Shown piece by piece: positions 35,276 through 40,823 of a DNA stretch of 42,337 bases. The notes below the pieces were generated by a model. It was not told the DNA's origin, did no database searches, and was given only the letters and a program-made list of their open reading frames with translations. The first letter of the stretch is position 1; every line of letters begins with the position of its first letter. The stretch comes from a virus. The translations under genes and the position numbers were made by a program. Location: the IMG/VR virus record IMGVR_UViG_3300045988_126214. One strand, given 5' to 3'.

Positions 35276-35536
35276 ATGGCATTAACAACATCTAAATCTA
35301 TCAACTTATCAGGACAGTCCGTTATCAACGGAGTAACAGTGGAGACCTACACCGCATCTTGCAGTGAGGCTAACCCAAAAACTATGTATATTCAGCAGTC
35401 TACCACTAAACAGGAGTTACGGAAAGAGAACCGTACGCAGTGCCGTAAAGACCGTGACGAGTTCGAGGAGCTTGCATATGCTATGCAGGACGAGATGATA
35501 GCAAACAAAGGACAGGTTGACAGTACAGAAGAGTGA
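35276..35536 (+). CDS. 86-aa hypothetical protein
   Basis: Track ORF with RBS TAGGAGGA. Confidence 0.65.
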   Translation: MALTTSKSINLSGQSVINGVTVETYTASCSEANPKTMYIQQSTTKQELRKENRTQCRKDRDEFEELAYAMQDEMIANKGQVDSTEE

Positions 35537-35568
35537 TTGGAGAAGAAAATAAATATGAGAATTAGAGC

Positions 35569-35594
35569 GAGACCATACTAGGTCTTATTTTTTT
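35569..35594 (+). terminator. Weak terminator after the tail module
   Basis: AGACC-ATACTA-GGTCT followed by TATTTTTTT. Confidence 0.4.
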
Positions 35595-35600
35595 ACAAAA

Positions 35601-35614
35601 TTGCGCCGGCGCAA
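35601..35614. repeat. Perfect 14-bp palindrome TTGCGCCGGCGCAA, copy 1
   Basis: Identical 16-mer AATTGCGCCGGCGCAA at 36814-36829. Confidence 0.9.
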
Positions 35615-35633
35615 TGCTGGAGAAAGGACATAT

Positions 35634-35891
35634 ATGGAAGTAATTATTTCTTCTACAATATCGGCAGCAGTAACGCTGATAGTGTGTCTGATCAGCAATC
35701 ATAGCCAGAATGAAAAGACGAGGGCGCTCATGGAATACAAGCTGGAAGAGCTTACAAAAAGAGTGGATAAGCACAACAACACCATAGAGCGAACTTATAA
35801 TCTGGAACAGAGGATGGCTGTATCAGAAGAACAGATTCGGGTAGCAAATCATAGAATTGCAGATTTGGAACATGATCATAAGGAGGATTAA
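35634..35891 (+). CDS. 85-aa membrane/coiled-coil protein of the lysis cassette (XhlA-like)
   Basis: N-terminal TM helix VIISSTISAAVTLIVCLI followed by a coiled coil. Located upstream of the holin. Confidence 0.5.
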   Translation: MEVIISSTISAAVTLIVCLISNHSQNEKTRALMEYKLEELTKRVDKHNNTIERTYNLEQRMAVSEEQIRVANHRIADLEHDHKED

Positions 35892-35895
35892 CTGT

Positions 35896-36234
35896 ATGAA
35901 CATTAATGTAAATGAAATTATGAACTATGTAACCTATGCTCTGATCGCATTTGGCTTGATGGCCTTTGTGGTGTCTCTTATTGTGCAGGCAATAAAAGAC
36001 CTACCGTGGTTCAAAAAATTACCAACCAGTGCAGTTGCTCTTATCACATCCTTTATTGTATGCACTGCTACAATGGTTGCTTTTTGCGAATATTTTAAAA
36101 TTGTGATTGAATGGTACTATGTGTTTGCTGCAATTATTGCATCATTCGTGATTTATATGGTAGCAACTGGAGGCTGGGAAAGAGTAAAGACAATCTGGGA
36201 TAAGACAAAGTACAAAAAATATGAGGGCGAGTGA
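35896..36234 (+). CDS. Holin (three predicted TM helices)
   Basis: AAGGAGGA RBS. Three hydrophobic segments and a charged C-terminus KTKYKKYEGE. Adjacent to the endolysin. Confidence 0.75.
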   Translation: MNINVNEIMNYVTYALIAFGLMAFVVSLIVQAIKDLPWFKKLPTSAVALITSFIVCTATMVAFCEYFKIVIEWYYVFAAIIASFVIYMVATGGWERVKTIWDKTKYKKYEGE

Positions 36235-36265
36235 TCGCTCTCATTTTTGAAAGGAGAACTTTGAC

Positions 36266-37057
36266 ATGAAATATTTTATCTGTGTAGGTCACGCGAACTA
36301 TGGCGGTGGCGTCATCTCATCTGCAGATGGTACTAGCAAGGGTGGTGTGAATGAATATAAATACAACAAAGAACTGGCGCCCTATGTGTGCAAATGGCTT
36401 AAGGTAGCAGGACATGAGGCAACCTTGTGTATTGCTCCGGAAGGTCAGCTGCATTCCCTGAATGATGAAATCAAGTATTTCATTGAAGAAGAGAATAAAC
36501 AGAACTATGATCTGTCAGTCCAGCTTCATCTGAATGCCTTTAATGGAGAGGCATATGGCTGCGAAGCATACTGTTACAATGCAAATGGTCTTCCGGAAGC
36601 CCAGCGGATCAGTGCGAAGCTCGGCACTGTCTGGCATGACAGAGGAGCTGAAGAACGTCCCGGACTGTACTGGACCAGAAAGACCAAGGCAAAAGCTGTC
36701 CTGGTAGAATCTTTCTTCTGTGATAACAAGGACGATTATGCCAAAGCGAAAAAACTTGGTATGGATGCTCACGGAAAGCTGATCGCAGAGGGCATTCTGG
36801 GAAAAACGATCACAATTGCGCCGGCGCAACCGAAAGCAAAGTATTACATCCAGGCTGGAGCCTACGGAACAAAAGAAAATGCAGATGTGATGGTGAAAGT
36901 ACTTAAGAAAAAGGGGTTTTCAGCAAGTATCCGCAAAGTAGCCGGCTCCGTCCCATACCGTGTCCAGGTCGGCACATACAGAACAAAGAAGGCTGCCAAT
37001 AAGGTGGTAAAGAAACTGAAGGCAGTAGACTTCCAGGTATTGGTGAAGAGCCTGTAA
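36266..37057 (+). CDS. Endolysin: N-acetylmuramoyl-L-alanine amidase (Amidase_3-like) with a C-terminal SPOR domain
   Basis: VGHANYGGG ... NEY ... DLSVQLHLNAF ... AVLVESFFCDN, then the SPOR-type repeat YYIQAGAYGTKENA...YRVQVGTYRTKKAA. Confidence 0.88.
   Translation: MKYFICVGHANYGGGVISSADGTSKGGVNEYKYNKELAPYVCKWLKVAGHEATLCIAPEGQLHSLNDEIKYFIEEENKQNYDLSVQLHLNAFNGEAYGCEAYCYNANGLPEAQRISAKLGTVWHDRGAEERPGLYWTRKTKAKAVLVESFFCDNKDDYAKAKKLGMDAHGKLIAEGILGKTITIAPAQPKAKYYIQAGAYGTKENADVMVKVLKKKGFSASIRKVAGSVPYRVQVGTYRTKKAANKVVKKLKAVDFQVLVKSL
36816..36829. repeat. Perfect 14-bp palindrome TTGCGCCGGCGCAA, copy 2 (inside the endolysin linker, codons IAPAQ)
   Basis: See 35601-35614. Confidence 0.9.
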
Positions 37058-37258
37058 TGTCGAAATTCGTCGTACTATCTCGCACGATAGTGCGTGACAG
37101 ATGGGAAAGAATCTGGTACATTAAATATATCCCTCAAATAAGAAAAAGTCCTTACAATCATGCAGCTGCCCGCAGAAGAGTGAGGGCTTTTCTTCTTATA
37201 TAAAATGACATGGTTGAAGCTGTATAGAATAATACAAAAATGAATACGTAACATACTG

Positions 37259-37268
37259 GTAGCTAACA
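37259..37268 (+). repeat. Isolated GTAGCTAACA copy (candidate distal arm-type integrase site)
   Basis: Same 10-mer as the five-copy array at 37454-37509. Confidence 0.5.
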
Positions 37269-37365
37269 AAAATCGCGAAAACCCATTAAAATAAGGCACT
37301 ACAGTTTCCGTTGAGGAAGCTGCTAAGGCTGGTAAGTTCTAATTCCATAAAGTGTAAAAGCGTTG

Positions 37366-37402
37366 AAAATGCCGTAAACTCAAGAGTTTACGGCATTTTT
37401 TT
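37366..37402. terminator. Bidirectional terminator inside the attP region
   Basis: 14-bp perfect stem AAAATGCCGTAAAC / GTTTACGGCATTTT with loop TCAAGA. A and T runs on both sides. Confidence 0.75.
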
Positions 37403-37453
37403 AGTTTTCGGAAATTTGCTCAAAACAGTATGAAAACACATGAAAAAATGACG

Positions 37454-37509
37454 GTAGCTAACAAGTAGCTAACAAGTAGCTAACAGACGTAGCTAACACG
37501 TAGCTAACA
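37454..37509 (+). repeat. Five direct copies of GTAGCTAACA (spacing 11, 11, 13, 11 nt); candidate arm-type integrase binding sites of attP
   Basis: Copies start at 37454, 37465, 37476, 37489 and 37500, directly downstream of the int stop. Confidence 0.65.
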
Positions 37510-37550
37510 ATTTTACCGCGAAAAAACAGCAGGACAATGCCTGCTGCTAA

Positions 37551-38615
37551 TCATTTTGTTATCTTTTCCATTTCTCTTTTCAAATCTTCCACAGTACGGT
37601 GGGTATAAACTTTTTCTGTGATATCAGCGATTTCATGCCCAACGATCATTTTCAAAATGTATTCATTCATATCCACATCTTTGGCTTTTGTAATAAAAGT
37701 ATGTCGGGTGTCATGAGGTTTGTGATCCATTCCAAGCCTGGACATGACTTTTTTGAAGCGTCCGCGATATTTATCATATGTAAGGTGAGTGCCTTGTTGG
37801 CCGTCTGGATCATTGAAAAGATAATCGCTTCCCATATTAACTGCATTTTCGTAATTTTTACGAACTAGATCAGCAACCAGTGGATGAATTGGAACTAGAC
37901 GGTTACGGCCAGCATCGGTTTTCAGTCCGCCAGTATATGTCATGTTATCCAGATCCACATCTGCAATTTTCAGAACTGCCAGCTCCTGAGGACGCCAGCC
38001 GGAATAAATCCCGATCAGGATCATATCTGCAAATGGTATTTCAGGATGCTCTATAAGAGCTGTAATTTCCTGATCAGAGAAAGGAATGCGGACGATCTTC
38101 GGACGTTCTCGTTTCACACCATCGCATAAAGCAGCATAGTTTTTATCCACAAGATCATGTTTCATAGCCCATTTGTACATGAGATTAAAGAGGCTCTTCA
38201 TTCGTCCTTTGGTGCTGGATCCAACATCAGCATCCTTGATAGCTCCCTCCAGATGCTCGACTCGGATATCTTTCATTCGCATATCATAAAGGGAAGAACA
38301 GTACTTGTAGGACGCAGTGATTGTTCGGATACTGGAGGGATTACCCAGAGTTGGAAAATACTTGTCCGACCATTTTTCGTATACTTCAGAAAAAGTTATT
38401 TTATTAGAATCCAGATCGTAAGGATTTTCATTGTATTGTACCAGGGCGGTCATAGCTTCCTGCCGGGTAGCAAAATATCCGATTACTTGCCTCTTCTGTT
38501 TGATTCGTTGTCCCTCCTCATCAAATTGCCATCCGAAGGTTTTTGCAGCTACCCATGGCCGCCGTCGTTTGCCAGATAGTTTATATATAGATCCGAATCC
38601 ATTTGGAAGTTTCAT
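37551..38615 (-). CDS. int: Tyrosine recombinase / phage integrase
   Basis: SAM-like N-domain, then catalytic GWRPQEL (R), HDTRHTF (HxxR), and VGHEIADITEKVYTH (H...Y). Confidence 0.93.
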   Translation of the reverse strand: MKLPNGFGSIYKLSGKRRRPWVAAKTFGWQFDEEGQRIKQKRQVIGYFATRQEAMTALVQYNENPYDLDSNKITFSEVYEKWSDKYFPTLGNPSSIRTITASYKYCSSLYDMRMKDIRVEHLEGAIKDADVGSSTKGRMKSLFNLMYKWAMKHDLVDKNYAALCDGVKRERPKIVRIPFSDQEITALIEHPEIPFADMILIGIYSGWRPQELAVLKIADVDLDNMTYTGGLKTDAGRNRLVPIHPLVADLVRKNYENAVNMGSDYLFNDPDGQQGTHLTYDKYRGRFKKVMSRLGMDHKPHDTRHTFITKAKDVDMNEYILKMIVGHEIADITEKVYTHRTVEDLKREMEKITK

Positions 38616-38644
38616 AACATCACCTTTCTTCTAAAAAAGAGTAT

Positions 38645-38668
38645 AAAAAATACACCTTTGCAGGTGTA
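38645..38668 (-). terminator. Leader terminator (attenuator) between the int promoter region and the int RBS
   Basis: Minus strand: TACACCT-GCAA-AGGTGTA followed by U6. It lies ~30 nt upstream of the int ATG. Confidence 0.55.
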
Positions 38669-38685
38669 AAGAAAAGTGCTATAAT
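38658..38685 (+). promoter_or_regulatory. Plus-strand promoter TTGCAG-16-TATAAT facing the int leader (candidate countertranscript promoter)
   Basis: Hexamers at 38658-38663 and 38680-38685. The -10 lies inside the left arm of the 22-bp inverted repeat. Confidence 0.45.
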
Positions 38686-38724
38686 AATCTTGCTATGGAA
38701 TGATTATAGCAGTTTTCTTTACAC
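38664..38724. repeat. 22-bp inverted repeat (21/22 complementary) with a 17-nt spacer in the int leader
   Basis: GTGTAAAGAAAAGTGCTATAAT (38664-38685) and ATTATAGCAGTTTTCTTTACAC (38703-38724). Confidence 0.85.
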
Positions 38725-38745
38725 TGCAAATTATTCAACAGATCG

Positions 38746-38776
38746 CTCTGGTGCTGGTAACACTGGGGCGATTTTT
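38746..38776 (+). terminator. Element E1: plus-strand terminator-like hairpin (9-bp stem with three G-U pairs, then a U-run)
   Basis: GCTCTGGTG-CTGGTAA-CACTGGGGC followed by GATTTTTATTT. 26/31 identical to E2 at 39015-39045. Confidence 0.45.
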
Positions 38777-38778
38777 AT

Positions 38779-38976
38779 TTAGTTCATTTCAAGTTCTTTC
38801 ATCAGCTCTTCCTGAGAAACAAATTCGTGACACTCAGGATTCTTACGGATTTCATCTAATAACATTAGATCGACTTCATCAGGCTCTATTTCCTCGATTT
38901 TATTATGCCAGTACTCAGGAGCATAAACATGATTATTCAACAGAAGTTTGCTTTCACGTAATGAGGCCTGGAGCAT
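38779..38976 (-). CDS. 65-aa strongly acidic hypothetical protein
   Basis: Track ORF trimmed to ATG 38976 (MLQASLRESK...). Lies between the MazF-like gene and int. Confidence 0.6.
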   Translation of the reverse strand: MLQASLRESKLLLNNHVYAPEYWHNKIEEIEPDEVDLMLLDEIRKNPECHEFVSQEELMKELEMN

Positions 38977-39014
38977 GATAATCACATCCTTTCAAAAAAT
39001 GTGCCACTCTGGCG

Positions 39015-39045
39015 CAGGTAACACTGAGGCGGTTTTGTTTATAAC
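39015..39045. repeat. Element E2: degenerate copy (26/31) of E1
   Basis: CTCTGGCGCAGGTAACACTGAGGCGGTTTTG versus CTCTGGTGCTGGTAACACTGGGGCGATTTTT. Confidence 0.7.
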
Positions 39046-39055
39046 GTAAAAGACC

Positions 39056-39081
39056 CCGTATTTCTACGAGGTCTTCACAAT
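39056..39081 (-). terminator. Minus-strand terminator (GACCTCGTA-GAAA-TACGGGGTC followed by U4)
   Basis: 9-bp stem with one G-U pair and a GAAA tetraloop. The C-A mismatch on the plus strand shows it is oriented for the minus strand. Confidence 0.55.
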
Positions 39082-39123
39082 AATAACTTCAATCTTCTAT
39101 TAATGCCCTGTAGGCGCAATTAT

Positions 39124-39141
39124 ACAAAACAATTGTTTTGT
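39124..39141. promoter_or_regulatory. 18-bp perfect palindrome ACAAAACAATTGTTTTGT at the +1 of the 39148-39177 promoter
   Basis: Exact self-complementarity, placed directly downstream of the -10. Confidence 0.6.
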
Positions 39142-39147
39142 GAAGTT

Positions 39148-39177
39148 ATTATAATTCAGTATATGCCTCATAGTCAA
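39148..39177 (-). promoter_or_regulatory. Minus-strand promoter TTGACT-18-TATAAT immediately after the MazF-like stop codon
   Basis: -35 at 39177-39172 and -10 at 39153-39148. Confidence 0.55.
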
Positions 39178-39180
39178 GAC

Positions 39181-39954
39181 TTATTCATCAAAAATATAAA
39201 ATTCTTTTATTTTTTTATTAATGCGAGACATTGTGTTCGCTGAAAGACGGATACCGGATAAGAAATCAGCCGCCTTTTTGGGAGTATAAATACGCATTTT
39301 GCTAATTGCAGTGATTTGCTCAATTTTCGCAATACTTCCTGTTTTCATATTTTCAATTTCAAATTTATCTCTTTCTAGCAAAAAGATTGTCTTTTCAAGC
39401 TCTCCTATTTGCTCTGTGAGATTATTCAAAGCATTTGTTACTTCTGCCGTTTGTTGAGACTCTGGTATTTTTGCAAAAACCTCATAGAGTGAACGAAATT
39501 CGCTTAATTTGGTTTTTACATCGATCAGTTGTCGGCCAAATCTAGTAGATACAAGGCTATAAAATTCAGTACCAAGTGACAAATCACGCTCATGAACTTC
39601 CTTATTTGGCTTAATGGAAGATAAAGGGACAACCATGAGAGTATTAGCATTATGAGGATTTTTTTTATCCAATACAACAGCATAGTGCAAGCCCCCTAAT
39701 TCGGCACCCACGCGAAAACCAAAATTAACACGAATAATATCGCCACGTGTATACGCCAATAGTTTTGATGGATTAAATTTTTCCTCAAAACGGATGAACT
39801 CGGCATAGCTCTGCAGCCAATAAGAAATTAAATCAGCTTTCTTCAAATGTTTATTAGAGGAATCATTGATTAACGCTTCAAGTATGTTGTTCATGGATCT
39901 TATGGCCTTCTTTTTGTTTTGGATAACATCCTCTTTGGTTATAGGACGAGACAA
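39181..39954 (-). CDS. 257-aa MazF/PemK-fold protein with an N-terminal extension and a ~95-aa coiled-coil insertion; orphan, with no adjacent antitoxin
   Basis: GDIIRVNFGFRVGAELGGLHYAVVL, TLMVVPLSS and GSIAKIEQITAISKMRI align by eye with the MazF blocks GDLIWVDFDPTKGSEQAGHRPAVVLS, MCLCVPCTT and GVALADQVKSIAWRAR. TTG start 7 nt after AAGGAGG. Confidence 0.7.
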   Translation of the reverse strand: MSRPITKEDVIQNKKKAIRSMNNILEALINDSSNKHLKKADLISYWLQSYAEFIRFEEKFNPSKLLAYTRGDIIRVNFGFRVGAELGGLHYAVVLDKKNPHNANTLMVVPLSSIKPNKEVHERDLSLGTEFYSLVSTRFGRQLIDVKTKLSEFRSLYEVFAKIPESQQTAEVTNALNNLTEQIGELEKTIFLLERDKFEIENMKTGSIAKIEQITAISKMRIYTPKKAADFLSGIRLSANTMSRINKKIKEFYIFDE

Positions 39955-40026
39955 TCGACCACCTCCTTAGGGTTAGATTTTATTAAAACGCCGAAGCAAA
40001 TTAATCCCTCTGTTTATCGTATAATA

Positions 40027-40054
40027 AGTATAAAAGATAATGCTGAACGAACAA
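40027..40054 (-). promoter_or_regulatory. Candidate promoter of the MazF-like gene, TTGTTC-16-TATACT
   Basis: The -35 (40054-40049) lies inside Cheo-like box 1. Confidence 0.4.
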
Positions 40055-40061
40055 ATGTTTG
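40048..40061. promoter_or_regulatory. Cheo/LexA-like box 1, CGAACAAATGTTTG
   Basis: One mismatch from the Gram-positive SOS-box consensus CGAAC-N4-GTTCG. Confidence 0.5.
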
Positions 40062-40070
40062 TGAAATATA

Positions 40071-40099
40071 TTGCACTTCAAATATAAATGGTGTATATT
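40071..40099 (+). promoter_or_regulatory. Promoter TTGCAC-17-TATATT for the 41-aa ORF
   Basis: Hexamers at 40071-40076 and 40094-40099. The predicted +1 falls in box 2. Confidence 0.5.
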
Positions 40100-40104
40100 A
40101 AAAA

Positions 40105-40118
40105 CAAACAAACGTTCG
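40105..40118. promoter_or_regulatory. Cheo/LexA-like box 2, CAAACAAACGTTCG (reverse complement CGAACGTTTGTTTG)
   Basis: Same one-mismatch match as box 1, in inverted orientation, 43 nt away. Confidence 0.5.
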
Positions 40119-40144
40119 AATAAACGAGAACGGGGGGCATACAT

Positions 40145-40270
40145 ATGATGAAGAATGATAAAGAAGAGTACAAGGGCAAAATAATTGAGTTGGTAAACTT
40201 GATTAAAGAAGAATCCGTTCTGAGGCGGATCTACTTAATAATAATTACCATGATAGGGGCCGACCATTGA
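40145..40270 (+). CDS. 41-aa hypothetical protein (candidate SOS-controlled antirepressor), below the ORF-track cutoff
   Basis: GGGGGG RBS upstream of ATGATG. Translation MMKNDKEEYKGKIIELVNLIKEESVLRRIYLIIITMIGADH. Confidence 0.45.
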   Translation: MMKNDKEEYKGKIIELVNLIKEESVLRRIYLIIITMIGADH

Positions 40271-40285
40271 GGGTGGCTCTTTTCT
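40259..40285 (+). terminator. Hairpin plus T-rich tract between the convergent 41-aa ORF and the repressor gene
   Basis: GCC(G)ACC-ATTGAG-GGTGGC followed by TCTTTTCTT. Confidence 0.4.
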
Positions 40286-40662
40286 TATTCTATGCCCAGG
40301 CAAGCTTTCATAAATTCTTCAATATGTTTTAGCTTTTCCGGATCAGCTTCTGCGATAGCATTTAACATATTTCTCGCCATCTGGTTCTCGGTCCTACTAA
40401 GTTTTCCAAGATTAATAGAGAATCGATCTTCTTCATTCACTTTCGTGAACATGTTATCGTCTCCGCCTTCACCGGTTCGAAGCCAAATTTCATTTACTTC
40501 AAATTCACGACAAATAGATTTTATATTAGCCTCAGTTAAACTATTACGACCAGTTTCGATAGCACTCATAGTGTTCTTTTTCAAACCTATTTTTTCACCG
40601 AATTTTTCAAGCGTAAGTTGACGGGTTTTCCGAACTTTTTTTACGCGTTCGCCTTGCGTCAT
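40285..40662 (-). CDS. cI-like XRE-family HTH repressor (125 aa, no S24 peptidase domain)
   Basis: LTLEKFGEKIGLKKNTMSAIETGRNSLTEANIKSICREF HTH. AAGGAGGA RBS before ATG 40662. Divergent from the cro-like gene. Confidence 0.85.
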   Translation of the reverse strand: MTQGERVKKVRKTRQLTLEKFGEKIGLKKNTMSAIETGRNSLTEANIKSICREFEVNEIWLRTGEGGDDNMFTKVNEEDRFSINLGKLSRTENQMARNMLNAIAEADPEKLKHIEEFMKACLGIE

Positions 40663-40689
40663 TACTAAATCCTCCTTTCTTATGAATCC

Positions 40690-40718
40690 AATATAGCACC
40701 CTGGGATTGCAAAGTCAA
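40690..40718 (-). promoter_or_regulatory. Repressor promoter TTGACT-17-TATATT
   Basis: -35 at 40718-40713 and -10 at 40695-40690. Confidence 0.6.
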
Positions 40719-40746
40719 CAAAAAAGTTCATTAAATAGACAAATAA
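40718..40746. repeat. Left copy of the 29-bp target-site duplication
   Basis: Identical to 55-83. Confidence 0.8.
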
Positions 40747-40823
40747 TATGAACCATTTATGATAATGTCCTAATATACCACAAAGGAAAATGTCCCAATG
40801 TAGTATAATGCTTCCATCAACAG

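Noticed and set aside
37075-37299. 74-aa minus-strand ORF in the attP region
   Set aside because: It has no RBS, an odd composition, and overlaps the predicted attP arm site and the endolysin 3' flank.
37454-37509. Tandem GTAGCTAACA repeats considered as a CRISPR array or iterons
   Set aside because: The repeat unit is 10 nt with 1-3-nt gaps, so there are no spacers, and no cas genes are present. The position next to int fits arm-type sites better than Rep iterons, because rep is 33 kb away.
39015-39045. Element E2 as a functional rho-independent terminator
   Set aside because: Hand pairing in all registers gives at most 5-6 of 9 pairs on either strand. Only its paralogue E1 folds acceptably.
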